A stretch of 62,750 nucleotides of DNA, filler included, from Trichosphaerium sp. ATCC 40318 (Eukaryota; Protista; Tubulinea), in the NCBI GenBank assembly GCA_038496445.1. It is 3 parts of 3 records of this genome, joined end to end, with 100 filler letters (N's around TTAATTAATTAA, not from the genome) between each part and the next. Parts side by side here need not be neighbours in the genome. Positions count along the whole stretch, not along the records: positions 1 to 30,632 come from JALMLS010000248.1; 2 more parts are not named here. One strand, written 5' to 3'. The position numbers were made by a program, and so were the translations under genes. The notes below the pieces were generated by a model, which saw only the letters and a program-made list of their open reading frames with translations, had not been told where the DNA came from and did no database searches. Positions within the stretch are counted from its first letter, which is position 1. The number at the start of each line of letters is the position of its first letter. Below, in pieces: positions 1-11,416 of the stretch.

Positions 1-103
1 CAGGTCGAGCAGATCGGTAGTAAGATTTGCTAAATGTCACGTCATGAATTTAAAAATTTTGCATCGTTTAGTTATTTGCAGGAATATCTAATCAAGTTGA
101 TAG
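1..103 (+). CDS. rps14: mitochondrial ribosomal protein S14, 3' part (cryptogene, 5'-truncated by window)
   Basis: Restoring single bases gives GRARSVVRFAK-SRHEFKNFASFSYLQGISKSSW*; the C-terminal G..KSSW is typical of S14, with W = TGA followed by TAG. Confidence 0.75.
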
Positions 104-487
104 TGTTTTATCTTTGGCTTTTGCTGTATCTAATATACGTGTAGTTTACTTTATAGGCATAGTATGTATATTTATCTTTAATAAAAAAGTTTTAAATTAC
201 TACATCTATTTAAAATAGAAGTTGCATTATGTTATATGTTTTACATAACATCAGATAAAGGTTTTTTAAGTACATTGGAGTAACACCGATAATAAAAACA
301 ATGCGCTAGTTAGTACGCCAGGAAGCGAGAGTTTATGTCTTTTATTCATTTGAACGTTTTTTTTCAAAAAAAGAGTATATTTTGTTTATTTATAATATCT
401 ATATCAAATGGTGAATAAGTAGTAATGATTTTTACCTAAAAAATATAAAAGAATAGGTGGAGAGTGTTATTAAAAATTAGTTTAAAT
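104..487 (+). CDS. rps8: mitochondrial ribosomal protein S8 (cryptogene)
   Basis: Frameshifted motifs LVSTPG(K)R-Y, IIS-SNG, IGGE-LLKI; follows rps14 as in the ancestral spc cluster; boundaries approximate. Confidence 0.65.
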
Positions 488-1754
488 GTTATAGTGTAGC
501 TAAAAATAACTGTTTTGAAATGAATACGTTTATTTGACGTTATTTACGTAACTCAAGAAAAATTAAAGTAATGTGGGGTCGTTAAAAAACAAGTTTTTGC
601 AAGTGTTTTTTTTAAAGTAGCTATTTTAACACTAAATTTTGGTCCGCAGCATCAGCAGCTCATGGTGTATTAAGACTAGTAGTAAAATTATATGGGAAAC
701 TGTTATTGAAATAGATACTCATATAGGTTATTGCATAGAGGTACTGAAAAGTTAATAGAGTATAAACCTACTTGCAAAGTTTGCCTTATTTTGATAGGTT
801 AGATATGTATCTATGATGGTCAAGAACAAGTTTATGTTAAAGCAGTTGAAATTTATTAGGAGTGAGTATCCGTTACGTGCAAAAGTATACGCGTTATTTT
901 TATGGATTAACACGTATTTTAAATCATTTATTGCTCTAACAACACATGCGTTAGATCTTGTGCATTAACACCTTTTCTCTGAGCGTTTGAAGAAGGGAAA
1001 AGGTGTTGGAATTTTATGAAAGAGTATCAGTGCGAGGTTTCATGCAGCATATTTTAGACCTGGCGTTTAGTGAACGATATACACCAACACTAATATCTGA
1101 TATAGGATCTTTTTTGAATCATTTATATATAGAATTTTTGATTAGAAGATTTAATAAGAGATAATAGAATATTTAGCAGCGTTTAGTAAATATAGCTATA
1201 GCACCTTTTAGGATGGCAGTTGATTATGGTTTTCTGGAGTTATTTTAAGTCCGTTGGTTTTTGTTGAGATTTAAGAATCATGCAACCTTACGAGTGTATA
1301 ACTTACTTAAGTTTAAAATACCTGTGGAGTTTATGGTGATTGTATGATCGTTTTATGTTGCGTATTTTGGAAATGAAAGAAAGCGTAAGATAATTAAGCA
1401 GTGTTTAATATATATGTAAAATTTAAATTACAAAGTGTTAAAGTAAATAATTATAAGTATTACCACCAGCAAAGCATTTAATGAAGACAAGTATGAAGCT
1501 ATAATACATTTCTTTAAATATTTTTCAGGTGTCCTAGTGTAAATACGGAGAAACTTATAGTATAGTAGAGCACCTAAAGGTGAATTGGTGTATTTTTAAA
1601 ATCAAATGGATCTACAAGCCGGTGAGATGTCGAATAAAATCACCAGGTTTTTACACCTTCAGGCATTAGATTCTTTATCTAGCATGGTATGTTAGCAGAT
1701 ATGGTTGCCGTAGTAGGATCTTTAGATTTAGTTTTTGGAGAAATTGATAGATAA
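486..1754 (+). CDS. nad7: NADH dehydrogenase subunit 7 (cryptogene)
   Basis: Motifs LNFGPQH(P)AAHGVLRL, HIGLLHRGTEK, PYFDRLDYVSMM, EAPKGE and LDLVFGEIDR* (stop 1752-1754), broken by many -1 frameshifts; start uncertain. Confidence 0.92.
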
Positions 1755-1838
1755 GAATTTAAAAAAATTATTATTGAAATTTATATAGTTTAGAAAAAAG
1801 AGTAATAAAAAAAAAAAAAAAGTAAAAAAAAAAAAAAA

Positions 1839-2072
1839 ATGGAATGACAAATAGTATTAGCAGCAAAAGTATTAGCAGCAGGAGTATGTACTGTCGGTGT
1901 AGGAGGAGCAAGTATAGGTATAGGTATAGTTTTTGGAGGTTTATTAATAGCAGTATCTAGAAATCCTGAATTAGAAGCTAATTTATTTAGAACAGCACTT
2001 TTAGGTTTTGCTTTATCTGAGGCGATGGGTTTATTAGTTTTAATGATGTCTTTTTTAATTATGTATACATAG
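1839..2072 (+). CDS. atp9: ATP synthase subunit c, intact 77-aa ORF (TGA=Trp at codon 3)
   Basis: MEWQIVLAAKVLAAGVCTVGVGGASIGIGIVFGGLLIAVSRNPELEANLFRTALLGFALSEAMGLLVLMMSFLIMYT; RNP loop and catalytic Glu present; no frameshift. Confidence 0.96.
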
Positions 2073-2299
2073 TAAAAAAGACATCATTAAAAGGATAGTT
2101 TATTTTTTATATTAGTAGAATATCGCATATATTCTTTGTAGTTCTGTTTTTTTTTTTTTTTTTTTTTCTATAAAAAAACATCTGTTAGTATAGGGGATTT
2201 TATTTTTTTTTTTTATTTAAATCTTTAAATTTTTTTATTAATTTAAAGAGTAAAAAAAAGTAAAAGTTTTCTATTAGAGTTTTTACTTTTATTATATAT

Positions 2300-4830
2300 T
2301 AAGTATTAAGGGGATTACTAGGTATCAAGAAAAAAGACGCTTTAATAAAGCGAAAACTTTAATTGAGTAGTACAATGCTATGATTTTTAGGTATCTTTTT
2401 AAATTTTTAAAATAGAAAAATAAAAATAGGGAAGTGAAACATCTCAGTACCTATAAAAAAAACATCGTGTAGAAACGTTAGTAGTGGTGACAAATGCGTT
2501 GAGTTCTTTTAAGTAGAGAAAATCGAATAGGCAGTGCCTGCTGCTAAAGTAAGAATTTTTTGATAACCGATAGTGTAAAAGTACTGTGAAGGAAGTTGAA
2601 AAAGATATCGTAGGGATAGTTGAAAAGAAATGAACTTAATACTTTAACGGTTGGAGTATAAAAAAGATATGACAGCGTACTTTTGTATAATGGGCCAATG
2701 AGTATATTTTTGAGCAAGCTTAACTTTAAGGGAGGCGTAGTGAAAGCAAAGAGTAAATCTGTAAAGTCTAAAAAATATGACCGAAACCAAGTGATCTAAC
2801 AACACCAAGTTTTTGGCTGAACCGGTGTCTGTTGCAAGAGGCTCGATGAGTGTTGGTTAGGAGTGAAAGCTAATCAAACTTGGTGATAGCTGGTTTTCTG
2901 CGAAACTTGTTTAAGCAAGCGTATTTTGATTTTGTAGAGTATGGCACTAATATTATTCCGGAGTAACTAAGTTATTTACGGGTATAGTGAAACCAAGATG
3001 TTATAAAAATAAAAAAGTATAGAAAGACTTAGGTGCGAAGATTCTAGTCGAGAGGGAAAAAGCCCAGACTATAAGCTAAGCCCTTAAATAATAATCAACT
3101 GGAAAGACGTAATAAAAGCGGAGATGGGCTAGAAGCAGCCATTCTTTAAAGATGCGTAAAAGCTCACGTATTGTTTTTTAAGCGTCATGATGTAAGGGGC
3201 TCTAAATTATTTGCGAAGCTATAGAATTAATTTGGTAGCAGATGTATTGTATGTAAAAAACTGTACGTGAGTTTGGTTAAAATATCAATAGTATAAATGT
3301 TGCATGAGTAGCTTTATATGTAAAAACATTATTACGAAAGATTAAGGTTTCCTTATCTATGTTAAACAGATAAGGGTTAGCGGTCCTTAAGGGAATGTGT
3401 TTGTAAGATTCCGACTAAGGTTATATTAGTTATATTCAGAGCAATTTTATAGAAATTTAATTACAAAAAATAGTTATTGTAATCGTAAAATATCAATTTT
3501 TTTGTAACTTACAAGAAAAAAATAAAAAAAAAAAACGTACCAATAACCGACACAGGTAATTAGTTGTAGAACAATAAGTAATAGAAGAATAATGCTTAAG
3601 GAACTCGCAAAATAACTCAGTAACTTCGGGAGATAGGTACCTAAAATATTGTTTTTTAAAATAAATTAAAAGTGAAAATAATTTATTTTTAAGAAGTATT
3701 TTGGGGGAAGCGGAACAGAGAAGAGCGACTGTTTACTAAAACACAGGACCCTGCTAAATAGTATATGAAGTATAGGTTCGATGCCTGCCCGTGCTGTATC
3801 GTGAAAAGGATTTGTTTAAAAGCAATGAATATAAGCAGCAGTAAACGCGGCCGTAATCCTTGACGTCTTAAGGTAGCGAAATTCCTAGCTATTAATTGTA
3901 GTCCTGCATGAAGCGTAACGACTCTTCTACTGTCTCAAGTGTTATTTTAGTGAATTGAAGTTTTCGTGAAGATGCGAAAAAATTGCAGCGGGACGGAAGA
4001 CCCTGTGCACTTTACTAAAACCTTGTATGGGTTAAGGAAAGCAAAAACACAGTATAATCAAGAGGTATGATTTAATGGTTTAGGTCATTTAAGGAGCCGT
4101 CAGTGGATATTGATTTTTTGTTGGAAAAATCTAATCTTAGTAGAAATTAAAAATGCATGGTGGATAGTTTGTCTGGGGCGAAGCTCCCTAAAAGGTAACG
4201 GAGTGTACAAAGGCTAATTCAGGACGTTAAAGTTCCGTAGTGCATATGGTTTTTATTTTAGCTGACTGTAAGCTTGAAAGGGTTAACAGGGATTTAAAGT
4301 CGTCATAGTTTTCCGGATGCGCTTACAGGTAGGGCATCCGCAAACGGATAAAAGTACGCCAGGGATAACAGCTTATTGCCTTTGAGAGTTCTTATCTGCG
4401 AGCGGTTTGGCACCTCGATGTCGGCTCATCTCATCCTGGGGGAGTAGGCTCCCAAGGGTACGACTGTTCGTCGTTTAAAGAGGTACGTGAGCTGGTTTAG
4501 AACGTCGTGAGACAGTTTGCCCCTATCTGCTGTGATAAAAATTAAAATTAGAGCCCAATGCAGTACGAGAGAGGCGTTATGGTAATAGGGTGCACCGCTT
4601 GTGGTAGCGTTATCGGTTTTACGTTCCGGTTGGCGTTAAAGCTACGTGCGAAAAAGGAACTGCTGATAACATATAAGTAGAATCTGCTAATTTTAATTTA
4701 TATTTATGATTCAATATCAGGATTAAATATGGTAGTAAAAAAAATATTGTAAAATAATGTTATATATATTTTTTTTACAACTGTAAAAAAAATATATATA
4801 AGGTAGTTTTTTGACTAGATTCCATTAATT
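2300..4830 (+). rRNA. rnl: mitochondrial large subunit rRNA (lacking several universally conserved nucleotides)
   Basis: Conserved LSU blocks GAAGTGAAACATCTCAGTACC, GATAGCTGGTTTTCTGCGAAA, TAAGGTAGCGAAATTCCT, GGCACCTCGATGTCGGCTC, AGAACGTCGTGAGACAGTT; ends approximate. Confidence 0.93.
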
Positions 4831-4899
4831 AAGTTTTTAATAAAAGTAGAGAAAAAAAAGATTTTTAATAAATAAAAAGTATATTATAAATTAAAAATA

Positions 4900-6310
4900 A
4901 TGTATTTATTAAGTTTTTATCAATATTTATGTTACATTAAGAGTGGTCATGTTCAACAAATCATAAAGATATAGGATGCTATATATATGAGCAAGTTTTT
5001 TTGGAGGAGTATGGGAACTATATTATCATGATAATACGTATAGAATTAGGAATGCCTGTCCGTTAATTTTGGTTCAAGATAACAAGTTTATAATGTAATC
5101 GTAACAGCGCATGTCTATTAATGATTTTTTTTTTCGTTATGCCTTTATTAATAGGGGTTTAGGTAATTTTATAGTTCATTAAGTTTAGGGGCCCCGGAGA
5201 TGCATTCCCAAGAGTAAATAATTTAGGTTTCTGATTATTGCGCCTTCTTTATTATTATTAATGTGATCTTTGTTATAGGAGATGGTGCAGAGCAGGATGA
5301 ACTTTATATCCATTACTTTCTGTATTAAGGCTAGTCCTGGAATGTCATAGATGCTTGTATTTTGAGTTGCATATAGCCGGAATTTCATCAATATCGGTGC
5401 AATAAATTTTATGGTAACTATAATGAATATGCGATTATGGATACTTATAGAATTGGTTGTTTGCAGTATCATTTATATAACAGCGGTATTATTATTATTG
5501 ACATTACCTGTTTTAGAGGAGCTTTAGTTATGTTAATAACAGATCGTATTTTAATACAACATTTTTTGATCCACAGGAGGTGGAGATCCTGTTTTATATC
5601 ACATATTTTTTGATTTTTTGGACATCAGAAGTTTATATATTAATATTACCAGCTTTTGTATAACTAGTGTAGTAATTTCTGTTGAACTTATAAAGAGGTT
5701 TATGTCATGATTCTATGGTTTATGCATGGTATGTATAGCAGTTTTAGGATCTATTGTATGAGTCATCATATGTTTACAGCGGGTTTAGATGATGATACGA
5801 GGTATATTTTATGACAGTAACTATGATAATAGCAATGCCTTCAGGGTTAAAGTTTTTGGTTGTTATCAACAATAATGTTTGTATAGTAGAATGAAGAGTT
5901 CCGCTATTTTATGCTGCAGATTTGTACTAATGTTTAGTTTTGGAGTGTAACTGGTATTATTTTAGCAAACGTGTTTTAGATATAGCATTGCATGATACAT
6001 ATTATGTGTTGCTCATTTTCATTATGTTTTATCTTTAGTTCTGTGTTTGGAATTTTTGCGGGTTTTATCATTGAAGTTCTTTAATGTTTGGAAAAAAATA
6101 TCCGATTTTATAGGAAGATTACAATTTTGGGAAATTTTATAGGAGTAAATATGACTTTTTTGCCAATGCATTTGTTAGGATGGCGGGTATGCCCAGAAGG
6201 ATAGTGATTATCCAGATGCTTATGTTGCTTTAAATTTTTGATGTTCTGTTGGGCGTTATTTACTATCTGTGTTTATTTTTATTTATTTTATGTTATATTT
6301 TATGTCTATA
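4900..6310 (+). CDS. cox1: cytochrome c oxidase subunit 1 (cryptogene); 3' end uncertain, may extend toward ~7100
   Basis: [83 protein letters not shown], recovered only by restoring single bases. Confidence 0.96.
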
Positions 6311-7101
6311 GGAGAGTTTTTATATTTTATATTGTATACTCTTATGAAGATGCCTATGAGATTTAGTTGAAGATTACTTTTTAACAAAAGAGAGATCTTA
6401 TTTTTAAAGATAATTATAATTTTGGTGAGGATAAAGTTAGAAGTTTAAATGGTGTATTAGTCTTTAACTGTTTTTATTTTTTCGTGTTAAATCCAAATAC
6501 AGGAATTTTGAGTGTGCAAGTATACCTTTGAATTATGTAAGAAAAGGATTGATGGTGTATCTACTCATTATTTGGTGCTAATATTAATTTAATGTTATAT
6601 TTATCTAGAAAGTATAAGAGGTTTTTTTAAATGGTTTTGTAGTCATAGATAGTTGAAGTTAAAAAAATTTGTATAGTGAAAATAGATAGAAAATCTCTAC
6701 GCTACTCTTCTTTGATTATTTAGTTTTTTTAAATTTTATTAGCGTCTTTTTCTTTCGTTTTTATGATCTTATAAAGTTTTTATTTTAAATTTTATTTAAA
6801 AGGTTTAGTTTTAGAGTGCGTGTTTTTAAACATATAAGAAATTACGTAGATAAATTTATTTTTAGGTCATTTTTTATATCTTTTTAGTATGATTTAATTT
6901 ATATAAAAGTTTATTATAGAAAATTATAATATGTTTTAGTATATATCTTATATACTAAATAATTTTGCGCATATTTTTTGCTTTATAAAAAGTTCATATA
7001 TATAGGAAAATAGGATTGTGCATCCACAAATTTTAATGAACTAAAAATAGGAAAAGTACGTGAAGAGAAGGAAAAAAGGATTACTTTATTATGATTAAGT
7101 T

Positions 7102-7574
7102 ATGAAAAATTTTATTTTAGTTGGTGTAATATTAAAAAGTAAGGAGCAATTTCAGTAAATTTATCTGCGTTAGGGGGCTTTGTAGACGAAGGGTAGTAGA
7201 ATATGTTTTAACTTAGGTATATCGCCTTGCGAAAATTTGAGCAATTGGAATTTTAGGAAAGGGATGATTTTAAAGTATTATCTTTTTTCTAATTATTATT
7301 TAGGTGAAAGGTTATGTGAGAATTAAAAAATATATAAGAAGATATACAGATCTTATAGTAATAGAGGTTAAAGTTACTAAGTGGTTTACCTGTAAATGTC
7401 AACGAAGTAAGACTATGGTAAAACATCAAAATCTTTTAAATTGTGAAGACAAAAGAATTTGGAACCAAAATTTCAGATGAAATTATAAATGGTAAAATAA
7501 AAAATAAAAGAATAACTAAAAGACGTTTAAGAAAAAAAAAGAAAAAGAAAAAGAAGAAAAATAAATATATTTAA
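7102..7574 (+). CDS. rps13: mitochondrial ribosomal protein S13 (cryptogene) with Lys-rich tail
   Basis: Motif GLPVN(G)QRSKT(N)GKT matches S13 GLPVRGQRTKTNART; also ICFNLGISP. Confidence 0.75.
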
Positions 7575-7665
7575 AGTATATATGCAGTGTATTTTGTGTA
7601 GTGTAATAGAGTAATTTATATAGGTATTGTTAAGTTTAAAATATAAAAAAAGAAGAAAAATTATC

Positions 7666-9072
7666 ATGTTTAATTTTGTAATATTAAAGAAATATGTAAA
7701 AAGTGAGCTCCTATCATTTTTGGTTCTTTGGTTTGTATTGAATTCAATACATTACATGGCGGGGTGTTTTATAAGTGTTTTTAAATTTTATTTTTTATTT
7801 AGTAAAGAATTAGTATTTTATAATAATCCTTTTTTTAAAGAAGATTTGATAAATAATTATGCTTTATTAGCGAAAGGGAGGGTTCATTTTTTTGAATGGT
7901 TAAGCTTCGAGGGGGGAGGCTTAACCTTAACGTTCTTTAATGAAGAAAAAAGCAGAGAAGAAATAGTGGATAAGTTAGACAATTTAGTACCTATAGATCC
8001 AACAGTGGTAGCAGATCTATATACGCAACTAGCTAGCCAAGGATATAGTTTAACTTGAAGCTATAGTGCGTTTGCTTCTATGATCTTATGATTAGTTATG
8101 TGTTCTATTTATTATCATTTTTTTATTAATTCTATGCTTAATTTAGAAGAAATAAATAATTTTATTCTATTTATGCAAAATGATAAAGAGTTTATAAAAA
8201 AAAAAATAGTAGATCATATAGGTGAAATTGAGCAAAGTCAAGATGCTGATTTTTTTAATTTTGTAACTTATACTTTAGAAAACGAAGGAATAATAATAGA
8301 AGAAAGTAATTTGTCAGTTATGTTTGAGAATTTAAGCTGAGTAGAATTTATAATTGAAAATTATGATATAAGTGAAAAAAATGTAAATTTAATAGTAGAA
8401 TTAAAAAAAATAATGTTAGAAAAAAAAAAAGCAATGGAAATAGATAAAGAAAATTTAATTGAACAAACTACTAAATATTTTGAAAATCAGCTAGATATTT
8501 TTTTTAATTATTTAACAAATACTTGTGTTAAACATAACGTTGATTTAAGTATTGTGCAAGATTATCCTAAATGAAAAGAATTTATAAAAAAAAAAAAGAA
8601 AGGTGAAGAATTAGCAGATTTAGAGAGTAGTTACAGTGAAAACATTCATGATGCTGTTTTAAATTTTTCTAAAAATTATGAAGAGAATTTACGTAACTAT
8701 TACGAAAATTTATGAAGAGATATTAAAAAGGATGAACTTGTTTGATGAATGGATTGATATACTATAATAGATAGTATAAATGAAATTTGAAAAGATAAAA
8801 TTATAAGCATGCTTGAAAAAGAAAGAGAGTTCGTTTTTATAGAAACTTTATATTCTTTTTTAGATTTAATTGTTCTTGACAAATTAGTAACTTTTGCAAG
8901 CTTTGGGGAGACTTTTTTTATACTTCCTATTTTATGAATAAGTTTGTCTCCTGTAAATTTTGATAAATTTGTTAATTGACATTATGTATTTTTTACTTGA
9001 CTTTTTAAAAAACTTTGATTTTTTTTAAAAAGATTAATTGAATATCTTTTAGAAAAATTTGGTTATTTCTAA
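7666..9072 (+). CDS. orphan mitochondrial ORF468, unedited, Glu/Lys/Phe-rich with hydrophobic segments
   Basis: Track ORFs 7627-8058 and 8098-8340 join into one 468-aa frame ending TAA 9070-9072 when 13 in-frame TGA are read as Trp. Confidence 0.8.
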
Positions 9073-9110
9073 AAGATATTCAATTAATCTTTTTAAAAAA
9101 AATCAAAGTT
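9012..9110. repeat. ~45-bp-stem hairpin overlapping the ORF468 stop codon
   Basis: AACTTTGATTTTTTTTAAAAAGATTAATTGAATATCTTTTAGAAA followed after a short loop by its reverse complement. Confidence 0.9.
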
Positions 9111-9173
9111 ATCTCCCTTCTTTTCCCCCTGTTTAATTAAAATATAAAAAAAAGTAAAAAAAAACACCCCAAA

Positions 9174-11257
9174 ATGTGAGAATCAGAAATGGTAGGTATA
9201 AAGCGATTAATCGAGTAATTTTGGTACCGAGTGGCGAACAGCAATCCAAGGTTTAGATGTATTAATTTAAATTTACCAAGATTATGTTATTTTGAAAAAT
9301 TAGGAATATTGGGAACTGCAGATTATGTTTAATAGAGACAACTAGAACGTCTAATTAGAAATAGCATGTAGTGTACCTCTAGTATCAGGTTTAGTTATAA
9401 GAAAATATCTTTAAGATAGAGATTGCTAGAGAAAATGTAATGGAATATTTACTATGTAATCATCCGTTGGATTGTCCAATTTGTGATCAGGCGGGTGTTG
9501 TGATTTACAAGATATTTCTTTTATTTTTGGGATGATAGAGGAAGATACATGAAAAAAAAAAAAGGTCAGTATTAGGTTTTTTTGTTGAGAATTAACAAGC
9601 ACATATATGACAAGTGTATTCAGTGTGCTAGTGTGTTTTGTTTAGCTTAGAAGTATTTGGTAGTTTTGGTTTAGTTTTTTAGGTCGTGGCATGTTTTTAG
9701 AATTAGTACGTATAGAGAAAAAATAATTACGGAGAATTAACAACAAATTTTATAGCAGTATGTCCTGTAGAGCATTTACCTTGAAGCCTTTTGAGTTTGC
9801 GTCTAGAAAATGGGAGCAGTTGTTCAGGATACTTTAGATGTTAATGATGTGTTAGAGGAAATTTAACAATGATGTAATTTTTATATATATAGTTCGAACT
9901 AAAGCAAGTTAAATGAATTTTTAATATAGAATGATTAACTAATAAAGCAAGATTTGCGTTTACAGTTTTTATTTTAAACGGTTATGGGGATGTAGATTTA
10001 GGTTTTTTGACAAGAAAATAGAGAAAAATAAGATCAACTCATATAAGCGTAAGTTGATCTTATTTAATCTCATGATGGTTATGACTATACAAATCGTTAA
10101 ATTTTACATTTTAGTATAAGAGTAGTTTTGATATTAAAGTGTAAATAGCATTAGAAATTTTATGAATAATATAGGAGTGTAATAACAGATTGTATTGTGT
10201 AAATTATAACAAATATGGTATTTTATTTGTGAATTGATTTCGAAATTGCTTTGTTTGATTGCTTTTTTATATGTTTTCTGATATTCGTTTAGAATTGCCT
10301 TTATTAGGTTACTGATTAAGAAAGTTTGATTTGAAAAACTAATGAAATATTTTACTGTTGGTTAGGTGTAAAGTCTATATACTTAGGTGTAATAATATAG
10401 GCTGTACTATAAAGAATTATTATATTTAGCTTTGGTGTAGGGCTAATTGTAAAGAAAGGTTCGCTGAAAAAAATCAAAATATGTTTAGTAGATGGGAAGG
10501 TATACTAATTTAAAAGAAGTGTGGTATTATACAACAAAAGTTTAAATTTAAATATAAAATGAGAAAGTAAGAATAATTTAGGAATTTTATAAGTCAAGAT
10601 ATTTCAAGGTTAATTTTAGTTTTTTAGGGTTATTAGGCTTGCAAAAAAAGGTGTAAAAAAAAAACAAATTCAAAGCATAATTTGAATTTGTTTTTTGGGC
10701 AAGGAGAATAAACAGAATAAATTTATTAAATATAGATTAAGTAAATTTATTCATCTAAATTATAATTTACGTAAAAATTTAGGGCGTGAGTAGATGTAGC
10801 GGTGCCAGATTGGTCTATACGGAAAAAGATGTTGATATTCTAATATAGAAAATGTTTTACAAAAAGTTACAAGGTAATGCGTCTTTTGAGTTGAAAAAAA
10901 TGTAATTTCTATTTTATTTTTCAATAATTTACTGTTGGTATATTGCTCAAAATACTATACTTTTTATGAAAATATACATATTATTAATATGTATATTTTC
11001 ATAAAAAGTATAGTATTTTGAGCAATATACCAACAGTAAATTATTATTGTATTTTTCCTAGGTAATGTTTTTTTTGTTGGGGAAAAATAGTTTTATAAAA
11101 AAGTAATTATGAAAAGAAGTATAATAAAGTGTTTTTAAACTGATTGTTATCGTAAGTTTTTTTATTTGTAATTACTTTAAGATAACAATGAATATGTTAA
11201 ATCGTCAAAATATTTGCGGCAACAGGTAGAAACAGTATAGTAATAGTATAAATTTTA
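9174..11257 (+). CDS. nad11: NADH dehydrogenase subunit 11 (75-kDa Fe-S subunit; cryptogene)
   Basis: [53 protein letters not shown]; many -1 frameshifts; end approximate. Confidence 0.88.
10923..11045. repeat. perfect ~60-bp-arm palindrome inside nad11
   Basis: AATAATTTACTGTTGGTATATTGCTC...ATACATATTA mirrored immediately by its reverse complement. Confidence 0.92.
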
Positions 11258-11275
11258 AAAAAGAGTAAAAAAAAA

Positions 11276-11416
11276 ATGGAATGACAAATAGTATTAGCAG
11301 CAAAAGTATTAGCAGCAGGAGTATGTACTGTCGGTGTAGGAGGAGCAAGTATAGGTATAGTTTTTTATTTGTTTTCTTATAAATATAGTTTTAATTTAAT
11401 GGAAAAAGTATATTAG
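11276..11416 (+). pseudogene. duplicated atp9 5' segment fused to unrelated sequence (46-aa chimeric ORF)
   Basis: First 28 codons plus the upstream A-tract are identical to atp9 at 1839; the frame continues VFYLFSYKYSFNLMEKVY*. Confidence 0.8.

Noticed and set aside
2073-2300. Possible tRNA or small RNA between atp9 and rnl
   Set aside because: No cloverleaf or T-loop consensus visible; an edited tRNA could be missed by eye, so none is called
5185-5472. Track ORFs within the mt region (5185-5472, 8700-8882, 14597-14788, 16365-16583 and mirrors)
   Set aside because: Antisense or partial-frame by-products of cox1, ORF468, nad4L and rps2
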